Source: a virus
Reading direction: 5' to 3' (one strand)
DNA length: 43,212 nt
Virus record (IMG/VR): IMGVR_UViG_3300023205_000043
Span: 1-43,212 of that record
The notes beneath the pieces are model-generated. The model made no database searches. It was given only the letters and a program-made list of their open reading frames with translations, and was not told the origin of the DNA. Each line of letters starts with the position of its first letter. Within the stretch, counting starts at the first letter, position 1. Positions 16,498 to 22,981 of the stretch are shown piece after piece. The position numbers were made by a program, and so were the translations under genes.

Positions 16498-16884
16498 ATG
16501 ATTAATGATAATTTTATAAACGTAATTACAAAATTGAATGAATATCAGAGGACTGATTTTGGCGAATACGCAAAGGACTTTGCTGGCCTAACAGTTATGA
16601 GCGGAACTGACTATTTGAATATGATCAGGGCCATGGCTAAGGACGAATCCTTAACAGATGTTTTAGACTTAGTTCAAAAACTTGGTAGCAAAAATATTTT
16701 TATCACTTCAAATCTAAGTGAAGTAAACGATTGGGATACTGTTTTAAAGTACACAGATGGCCCTGAGATAGATTCAAACAATAAGATTCACGTTAATGTT
16801 AGATATTACATTTATGACTCTACAATTGACTATGCTGAGGGTTCATATGGATATAAGCTCAATAAGCTCATGAGCAATAAATAA
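16498..16884 (+). CDS. Hypothetical acidic protein (128 aa)
   Basis: GGAGGG RBS. About 19 D/E versus 13 K/R by my count. Confidence 0.7.
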   Translation: MINDNFINVITKLNEYQRTDFGEYAKDFAGLTVMSGTDYLNMIRAMAKDESLTDVLDLVQKLGSKNIFITSNLSEVNDWDTVLKYTDGPEIDSNNKIHVNVRYYIYDSTIDYAEGSYGYKLNKLMSNK

Positions 16885-16956
16885 AAAAGTAGAGAAGATC
16901 TATATTATAAGTAAGAGCTAAATGAGAGCTCTAATAAAAGAAATGGAGGTATTATA

Positions 16957-17283
16957 ATGAATAATACCAAAGATAGTTATACTTTAGAAACATTGATGGG
17001 GGATTATATTTGTGACAAAACTGGAGAAAATAGATTACGTTTCCCTGACTTATATCCAGATTTGGTTTCAGATGCTTTAAATTATAAAGACGGATTTGTT
17101 AAAGGTGTAACTATTTTCGCTAATATGGTTCATATATATCAGCCTGAAAGCGGATCAAATATTTCGGATTTTATATCAACCGAGGAGTCATCTTTGACAA
17201 AGGTTATCGAAAGTAAAATCTTTTCATATGATGATTCAGATGTTGAAGATTGTTATGACTTTTTAGAAAAGCTAGTCAAATAG
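16957..17283 (+). CDS. Hypothetical strongly acidic protein (108 aa)
   Basis: GGAGG RBS. About 21 D/E versus 10 K/R by my count. Confidence 0.7.
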   Translation: MNNTKDSYTLETLMGDYICDKTGENRLRFPDLYPDLVSDALNYKDGFVKGVTIFANMVHIYQPESGSNISDFISTEESSLTKVIESKIFSYDDSDVEDCYDFLEKLVK

Positions 17284-17290
17284 AATATTA

Positions 17291-17325
17291 AAAGGACTGA
17301 TAGCTTAATTGCTGTGGTCTTTTTT
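17291..17325 (+). terminator. Terminator-like hairpin with T-run after the repA-side operon
   Basis: Interrupted stem GGAC..GATAGC / GCTGT..GTC followed by T6. Confidence 0.5.
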
Positions 17326-17355
17326 ACTATAAAATCATAAATAAATAATCATCGT

Positions 17356-17415
17356 AGTATAATAACTGTTACTTATTGATGAATTTATTACACAATAAGT
17401 AACAATTATTATACT
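17356..17415. repeat. 23-bp inverted repeat (1 mismatch) with a 14-bp spacer
   Basis: AGTATAATAACTGTTACTTATTG (17356-17378) against the reverse complement of CAATAAGTAACAATTATTATACT (17393-17415). Confidence 0.85.
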
Positions 17416-17433
17416 TTATGCTACAATTAACTA

Positions 17434-17498
17434 GCAAAGAAGAATGAACATAGATACACAAAATCCCCCAACTATCGCAAGTAGTTGAGGGATTTTTT
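17434..17498 (+). ncRNA. Predicted antitoxin sRNA of the type I TA locus (RNA II-like)
   Basis: Extended -10 TGCTACAAT (17419-17427). The segment 17436-17459 repeats 17592-17616 (24 identical nt with two 1-nt gaps), so it is complementary to the toxin mRNA start region. Ends at terminator 17463-17498. Confidence 0.45.
17463..17498. terminator. Bidirectional terminator shared by the convergent toxin mRNA and antitoxin RNA
   Basis: ATCCCCCAACTA / TAGTTGAGGGAT stem (1 mismatch). T6 on the plus strand; TTTGTGT on the minus strand. Confidence 0.7.
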
Positions 17499-17522
17499 AG
17501 TGGGCTAAATTGCCTTTATATT

Positions 17523-17609
17523 TTACTTGCGATGTTTACCATTTAGCCAATCGGTAAACAAAACAGTTATCAAGCTGATCGCAAGGGGCACAAAGAATGA
17601 ATGAACCAT
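17523..17609 (-). CDS. Type I toxin peptide, Fst/PepA1-like (28 aa: MVHSFFVPLAISLITVLFTDWLNGKHRK)
   Basis: Absent from the ORF track because it is under 60 aa. GGAGG (17617-21) lies 7 nt upstream of the ATG. A single TM helix is followed by a DWL motif and a basic tail. A 5' UTR hairpin (CAATCC/GGATTG, 17621-17638) abuts the SD. Extended -10 TGGTACAAT at 17658-17666. Confidence 0.65.
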   Translation of the reverse strand: MVHSFFVPLAISLITVLFTDWLNGKHRK

Positions 17610-17847
17610 AGATACACCTCCAATCCGTTGCAGGATTGATGTAAGGCAACAGTTAATATTGTACCAGTAAGTAGTCAAAATTGGAGATGATTTAACGGAC
17701 TATAATGGTACCATATCGATAGAAAGCGCCTAATAATACTGATGTATAAGTATTTATAATATGACGTAAAACATATAATTTATTTAATTCATATCACCAT
17801 ATATAGATATAACGGTAGATAACTGATATAAATATAAAGCAAACAAT

Positions 17848-18198
17848 TTAATTTTTATCTGTTTTTTTCTCATTAATAATATCATCGGCGGTAATAACTC
17901 TATTATTCATAGTCTTTTTTAGCGCCTTGTACTTTTTCCACTCTGACTTAGTCATAAAGAATGTTTCTTTATTAGTAGAATTTACTACCTTGTAAACATT
18001 TGAAAATACATAAAGATCTAATAATGCACCAATCCAAAAAATAACTCCAAGACCATAGATCCAAATTGTTAACGCACCAATTATAATCTCGATAATTTGT
18101 CTTTTCTTAAATGTTCTACCTAGTTTTGGAAGTGTTTTATTTTGGTCTCTTAGTTGGTTAAGAGTTGCTAGTTGTAATAGATTTCCTAAATTATTCAT
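17848..18198 (-). CDS. Membrane protein next to the repressor (candidate superinfection-exclusion/immunity function)
   Basis: The ATG at 18198 has GGGG 7 nt upstream (track start 18228). Two adjacent TM segments (IIEIIIGALTIWIYGLGVIFWIGALLDLYVF). Confidence 0.65.
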   Translation of the reverse strand: MNNLGNLLQLATLNQLRDQNKTLPKLGRTFKKRQIIEIIIGALTIWIYGLGVIFWIGALLDLYVFSNVYKVVNSTNKETFFMTKSEWKKYKALKKTMNNRVITADDIINEKKTDKN

Positions 18199-18241
18199 AT
18201 ATTTACCCCATAATATTAATTTAATCAATTTAAGTATATCA

Positions 18242-18270
18242 AAAAAGGAATCTATTACGGATTCCTTTTT
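18242..18270. terminator. Bidirectional-looking terminator after the repressor gene
   Basis: AAAAAGGAATC / GATTCCTTTTT stem with a 7-nt loop. Confidence 0.75.
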
Positions 18271-18315
18271 ATCTTTATTCAGCTATTATATTTGGCAAAT
18301 TAATTTTAGTTTAAG

Positions 18316-19026
18316 TCATAAATCAGTTGTATATCTGATTGCTTTTCCTATAATTCTACCAGGGTTATCCTTAGTTAAAATTATTGGATTGAATGAAGGA
18401 TTGTCTGGCATTAATATAACCATTCCTTTTTGATACTTTATTCTTTTTAAAGTTGCTTCTGAGTCACTATTAACTAGAACAGCAGCTATTTCACCATCTT
18501 CAACTTCTGGTTGTTCCTTAATTAGAACCATTGATCCATCTGGAATAGTAGGTTCCATAGATTTTCCCTTAGCTGCTAAATAAAAAATGTTTCCGTTTGG
18601 TAATGAATCTTGAGGTTCCTCAATATATCGTTCTATATTTTCTTCAGCGGTTATTGGATCACCACAAGCTATAGTTCCTAGAACGGGAATATTTATAGTT
18701 TTACTTTTTTGAATTAATTTTTCTTTAACTGTTCCTGGTTCATCTTCAATTCCCATTATATATAGTGGAGATACATTCAATATTTTTGCTAATTTTCTGA
18801 CAACTTCAACCGGCATCTTGTCGGTTTCACCACTTTCATATCTATAAATCGTGGTTTTAGAGACTCCAATAAGTTTTCCTAAAGTCTCAGCTGACATATT
18901 ACGTCTAGTTCTTGCTGATTTTAAAGTACTGCGCTCCTTTCCACTAGCGCTACGTTTTTTTGTCCATTCTTTATTTTTATCATTTGTAATAAAATTTGAT
19001 TTTAGTTTTATTGTCTTATCTGGCAA
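18316..19026 (-). CDS. CI/LexA-like repressor (XRE HTH plus S24 autopeptidase)
   Basis: HTH LGKLIGVSKTTIYRYESG. S24 motifs AAKGKSMEPTIPDGSMVLI and ATLKRI. Confidence 0.9.
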   Translation of the reverse strand: MPDKTIKLKSNFITNDKNKEWTKKRSASGKERSTLKSARTRRNMSAETLGKLIGVSKTTIYRYESGETDKMPVEVVRKLAKILNVSPLYIMGIEDEPGTVKEKLIQKSKTINIPVLGTIACGDPITAEENIERYIEEPQDSLPNGNIFYLAAKGKSMEPTIPDGSMVLIKEQPEVEDGEIAAVLVNSDSEATLKRIKYQKGMVILMPDNPSFNPIILTKDNPGRIIGKAIRYTTDL

Positions 19027-19051
19027 GGTATTTCAGCTCCTTTCAAGACAT

Positions 19052-19119
19052 ATATTACTATTAAAGTTGCATAAATGCAACAAAATGTAAGTTGCAAAAA
19101 AGTTCTGCCGGTGTATTAT
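19052..19119. promoter_or_regulatory. Divergent switch region: repressor promoter, cro promoter and operators
   Basis: Minus strand: TTGCAT (19075-80), 17 nt, TAATAT (19052-57). Plus strand: TTGCAA (19092-97), 16 nt, TATTAT (19114-19). O1 palindrome GTTGCATAAATGCAAC at 19066-19081 and a half-site GTTGCA at 19091-19096. Confidence 0.7.
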
Positions 19120-19170
19120 ATTAAGTGTACAAGACGTAAATATGAATATTAAGAGGGGAAGCGAGCAACA

Positions 19171-19380
19171 ATGGGAATTAAAGTTCAAAAACTACGTGGA
19201 AGAATTATTGAAGAAAACTATACCCAAGCGGGTGTAGCTGATTTATTAAAGATGAATAGATCAACATTTTATAGAAAAATGAAAACTGGTGGCAAAACGT
19301 TTACTGTTGGTGATATCAAAAAGATGAAAGTAATACTTCACTTAGACTTAGATGATGTAAGTGATATTTTTTTAAAATAA
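19171..19380 (+). CDS. Cro/excisionase-like small HTH protein
   Basis: 69 aa. HTH YTQAGVADLLKMNRSTFYRKMK. First gene of the rightward operon, with a GAGGGGAAG RBS. Confidence 0.75.
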   Translation: MGIKVQKLRGRIIEENYTQAGVADLLKMNRSTFYRKMKTGGKTFTVGDIKKMKVILHLDLDDVSDIFLK

Positions 19381-19381
19381 A

Positions 19382-19399
19382 AGTTGCGTTTTTGCAACT
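19382..19399. promoter_or_regulatory. Third operator-like palindrome (GTTGC-N6-GCAAC) just after the cro stop; could also act as a hairpin
   Basis: AGTTGCGTTTTTGCAACT has the same half-sites and spacing as O1. Confidence 0.55.
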
Positions 19400-19428
19400 A
19401 TTTCATAAGAACAAAAAGGAGAAAATCG

Positions 19429-19608
19429 ATGTTTACAATTGGAGTATTTAGATTCATTTCATGGTTATTTATAGCTTCCAGTATTACTGGAGTTACAACT
19501 TATTTGTTTATGAAATATAAGAATATTAAAGGAATAATTACAAATTTGACTGACCTAGAACCAGGGGAATTGAACTTTTTAAGTCATATCTATAAGAAGG
19601 ATAACTAA
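19429..19608 (+). CDS. Small membrane protein (59 aa)
   Basis: The ATG at 19429 has AAGGAG 8 nt upstream (the track start at 19384 is unlikely). One TM segment (FISWLFIASSITGVTTYLF). Confidence 0.6.
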   Translation: MFTIGVFRFISWLFIASSITGVTTYLFMKYKNIKGIITNLTDLEPGELNFLSHIYKKDN

Positions 19609-19697
19609 TGTTATTAGCAAGGGCTATTCAAGTAATTGTTGTAACCGTAGTATTTGTAGCTTTGATATTTAATGCAGTATTTGGGGGTGACAAGTAA
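19608..19697 (+). CDS. Micro-ORF, 29-aa hydrophobic peptide (MLLARAIQVIVVTVVFVALIFNAVFGGDK)
   Basis: TAATG overlap with the upstream stop and TAATG overlap with the next ORF. Below the track cutoff. Confidence 0.35.
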   Translation: MLLARAIQVIVVTVVFVALIFNAVFGGDK

Positions 19698-19807
19698 TGA
19701 ACAGTAATCAAGATAATCCTGATTTCACTTCAAAAAAATATGATCCAACACCTGATGCTGAACCATATGACGTTGAAACTGATGACAATCTGATGGAGGA
19801 CGATTAA
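19697..19807 (+). CDS. Micro-ORF, 36-aa acidic peptide
   Basis: Start overlaps the previous stop. Its stop abuts the ATG at 19808. GGAGGA lies near its 3' end and serves the next gene. Confidence 0.35.
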   Translation: MNSNQDNPDFTSKKYDPTPDAEPYDVETDDNLMEDD

Positions 19808-20389
19808 ATGGAAACTTGGAAGGCTATTCCTGGCTTTGAAAGATATCAGATATCGAGTTTGGGTAGAGTGAAGAATACCAAAATTGGCAGCATTAGAGGC
19901 CTTTCACATCCAAGCGCAAGAACTGAATATTTAAAAACTAGTTTTAGAAATGAAAATGGTGATATTAAAACATTTGATGTTCACAGACTAGTAGCTGAAG
20001 CATTTTGCCCTAAGCCCAATGAATCAAATAAATTAGAAGTTGACCATTTAAATAGAAATACTTTAGATAACAGAGCTTCAAATTTAGAGTGGGTTACTCC
20101 TGACGAGAATAGACGACGAAGTAGGACACGAACACTTGACTATTCAGTAAATGATACATCGGTTGTTTGGTATAAAGAAAATGGTGAAATATTAGGAGTG
20201 TTTGAAAATTGCTTACAAGCACACTTTCATACAGGAATGTCATTAAGCGGGATAACAAAATGCTGCTCTAAAAAATATCCTAGAGCTCATTCATTCAAAG
20301 GCAATGGATTCATGAGAGTTCCTACAATAGATGCAGAGAAATTATTAGATGAACAAATGGAGGATAGGATGAATGCACTGGAATGGTGA
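19808..20389 (+). CDS. HNH homing endonuclease (NUMOD4 plus HNH_3 type)
   Basis: WKAIPGFERYQISSLGRVKN, DVHRLVAEAF, VDHLNRNTLDNRASNLEWVT. Confidence 0.85.
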   Translation: METWKAIPGFERYQISSLGRVKNTKIGSIRGLSHPSARTEYLKTSFRNENGDIKTFDVHRLVAEAFCPKPNESNKLEVDHLNRNTLDNRASNLEWVTPDENRRRSRTRTLDYSVNDTSVVWYKENGEILGVFENCLQAHFHTGMSLSGITKCCSKKYPRAHSFKGNGFMRVPTIDAEKLLDEQMEDRMNALEW

Positions 20390-20633
20390 TATTACAAATA
20401 TTGAAAATGCGATTCAGGATTATGCCAAGGTATGCAAGGAAATTGGTAAAATCGACGAACAAATTGAGAAGTATTCTTCTGAGTATGATGTTATGCACAA
20501 CTTGCTAGGTGAAGATGTTGATGCGCTTTTGTACACCATTAAAAGACTGAAGGATAAAAGAGCGGGGCTTGAAAATAGTAAATCATTTTCAGAGTCAATT
20601 ATTTATAAACGTTTTGACCACTATTACGCATAA
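20373..20633 (+). CDS. Hypothetical protein (86 aa)
   Basis: Overlaps the HNH gene 3' end. Coiled-coil character. Confidence 0.6.
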   Translation: MHWNGDITNIENAIQDYAKVCKEIGKIDEQIEKYSSEYDVMHNLLGEDVDALLYTIKRLKDKRAGLENSKSFSESIIYKRFDHYYA

Positions 20634-20715
20634 CAAAAAAGCCGTTAGCCACTGGCATGACTGACGACCTTATCAAAATATTAACAGCACAATTATAACA
20701 TGAAAGAGGTATGAC

Positions 20716-21621
20716 ATGACCGAAGACACAATTGCAGTTTCTGACTTTGGAGTTGAGTTTACTCCTAGCAGGATAGCCATTAAAAATGAAGATGTTCTAA
20801 AGGCGCAACTTGAAGGAATATCTAAAAAATATACTGGATTAATTGTTACTGAAGATAACTTAGCAAGTGTTAAGTCAACAAGAGCAATGCTTAACAAACT
20901 GAATAAAGGACTAGAGGACAAGAGAAAGGAAATAAAGAAAGCTTACAATGAACCACTATCCGAGTTTGAAAACAAGGTTAGAGGATTTGAGAACATTATT
21001 TCAAAATCCTTGGATCCAATTGATGAAAGCATTAAGAAACTAGAGGATGACCAACGTGATAGTAGACGGATTAATGTTCAAAAAGTAATTGATGAAATGG
21101 CCCCAGCATATGGAATTGATCCTAATGCAATAGAGATTGAGAATTCATGGACTAATAAGACCATGACTGAACTAAAGCTTACTAAAATTCTTGCCGATGG
21201 TTTTAATGCATTGAAAAGAAAGAAAGACTTGTTTGAAACTAATAAGAAACTTGTTGAAGAACATGCTAAGTACGTTGGTGTTGAATCTGATGGTTGGGTT
21301 AGCCAATTATCGAATGATTATAATGCTACGGCGGTAATCAAAGCAATGGACCAGTCAATTGAAGACCGAAAGCAGAAAGAACTTAAAGAACAAAAACGTA
21401 AAGAGGCTGAACTGGCAGTTCAAAAAGCATTATATAAAACAGTTAGCGATAAGACTATTAACAAAGAAACTGGTGAAGTGATTTCAAAGCCGGATAGATA
21501 TTCTGTTGAGATTAGATTAACTGGTAGCAAGGCAAATATTATCCAAGCGGTTCAAAAGATTAACTCACTTACTAGTATCAATAAAGAGGTTATTAAATCA
21601 CTTTCACTAATGGAGGATTAA
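20716..21621 (+). CDS. DUF1351-like protein (accessory to the phage recombinase)
   Basis: 301 aa, N-terminus ...KKYTGLIVTEDNLASVKSTRAMLNKL, immediately upstream of the ERF gene as in many Firmicutes phages. Confidence 0.6.
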   Translation: MTEDTIAVSDFGVEFTPSRIAIKNEDVLKAQLEGISKKYTGLIVTEDNLASVKSTRAMLNKLNKGLEDKRKEIKKAYNEPLSEFENKVRGFENIISKSLDPIDESIKKLEDDQRDSRRINVQKVIDEMAPAYGIDPNAIEIENSWTNKTMTELKLTKILADGFNALKRKKDLFETNKKLVEEHAKYVGVESDGWVSQLSNDYNATAVIKAMDQSIEDRKQKELKEQKRKEAELAVQKALYKTVSDKTINKETGEVISKPDRYSVEIRLTGSKANIIQAVQKINSLTSINKEVIKSLSLMED

Positions 21622-21624
21622 TTA

Positions 21625-22314
21625 ATGCCAGAGAAAGAAGACAGAACAAAGTCACTAATTGCTGTACTAAGTTTGATTCAGAGTGAAGTTGGGAAAATTG
21701 TTAAGGACGGAAAGAATACTAAACAAGGATTTGGTTATGTCAGTGAAGCACAGGTTAAGGCTAAGCTTCAAAATAAATTAGCTGAGCACGGTATCATGTT
21801 TATTCCGAGTTACCAATTAATAGATTCGTGGAGCACTCAAAGCCAAAGAGGTGCCAATTTAAACTTCGTTTCAGTAATGGGTACATTTACGCTAACTAAT
21901 GGTTCTGAGAGTGTTATGGGTAGCATGCCTGGTATCGGAATGGATTCAGGTGACAAAGCTATATACAAGGCTGAAACTGGTGCACAAAAGAATTTCTTAA
22001 TGCAATTATTCTTAATGAGCACTGGTAATGATCCGGATGATGATATTGATAATTCTTACAATAATAATCAGCAACGTAAAACTAACTCTAATCAGGCAAG
22101 CAATGCCAAGCTGAAAAGTATTAATGAACAAATATCCAAGTTAGCTGAATTGAATCAATCGGATAGTGGAACGTATTCTTCAGCTTTGATGAAACATTTT
22201 CCTAATGTTAATTTCAAAAATGTATCTAATTCAGATGCTGAAAAAATGATTGCTTTCTTGAATCAACAAATTAAGTTAACTGAAGATACTTTGAAACAAT
22301 TAGGAGCTATTTAG
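21625..22314 (+). CDS. ERF-family single-strand annealing protein
   Basis: LIAVLSLIQSEVGKIVKDGKNTKQGFGYVSEAQVKAKL and the gene's position. Low-complexity N/Q-rich C-terminal half. Confidence 0.65.
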   Translation: MPEKEDRTKSLIAVLSLIQSEVGKIVKDGKNTKQGFGYVSEAQVKAKLQNKLAEHGIMFIPSYQLIDSWSTQSQRGANLNFVSVMGTFTLTNGSESVMGSMPGIGMDSGDKAIYKAETGAQKNFLMQLFLMSTGNDPDDDIDNSYNNNQQRKTNSNQASNAKLKSINEQISKLAELNQSDSGTYSSALMKHFPNVNFKNVSNSDAEKMIAFLNQQIKLTEDTLKQLGAI

Positions 22315-22322
22315 AATATCTG

Positions 22323-22979
22323 ATGAAATTCTTTGCGAAGATAAAAAGTATTCAAGGAAATGAAATTACATTAGAAACGATTGATGATATTAGCATTTTA
22401 AAAGTTGATAAATTTTCTAATGGCAAGCAACCTGTTGTAGAAATTGAAGTTTCAGATAGTAGACAGATTTCCATAGATCAGCGAAGAAAAATTTATGCTC
22501 TAATTGGTGAAATAAGTATTTGGTCTGGATACATGGTTGATAGAGAAACCCCTGGAATCATGAAATGGAACTATCTGACAGAGACTGGAAGAAGTGAATT
22601 CAGCTTATCTGATTGTTCCATGACACAAGCAAATGAGTATCTAAGCTGGTTACTTGATTTCTGTTTTGAAAATGATGTTCCATTCAAGACTAAAACATGG
22701 GATATGCTGCCAAACGACTACGCCATGCAACGAAGGTGCTTAGAACATAGAAAGTGCTGTATATGTGGTAAACATGCTGACGTGGCTCATGTGGAGACCG
22801 TAGGAATGGGTAGAAACAGAAATCATATCAATCATAGTGATTATTATTTTATGGCACTTTGTAGAACACATCATATGGAGCAACACAGGATTGGAATTGA
22901 TACTTTCCTTCAAAAGTATCATATAAAGCCTGTGAAACTAGATGATAAAGACAGGAAGAAGTTAAAGATTGGAGGCTAA
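22323..22979 (+). CDS. HNH/Zn-ribbon nuclease-domain protein
   Basis: CCICGKHADVAHVETVGMGRNRN...LCRTHHMEQH. Confidence 0.65.
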   Translation: MKFFAKIKSIQGNEITLETIDDISILKVDKFSNGKQPVVEIEVSDSRQISIDQRRKIYALIGEISIWSGYMVDRETPGIMKWNYLTETGRSEFSLSDCSMTQANEYLSWLLDFCFENDVPFKTKTWDMLPNDYAMQRRCLEHRKCCICGKHADVAHVETVGMGRNRNHINHSDYYFMALCRTHHMEQHRIGIDTFLQKYHIKPVKLDDKDRKKLKIGG

Positions 22980-22981
22980 TT

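Noticed and set aside
15127-16914. Exact 15-mer CTATATTATAAGTAA at 15127-15141 (repA -10 region) and 16900-16914
   Set aside because: My rough estimate is that a few exact 15-mer matches are expected by chance in 43 kb of about 66 percent AT DNA, and the second copy lacks a matching -35.
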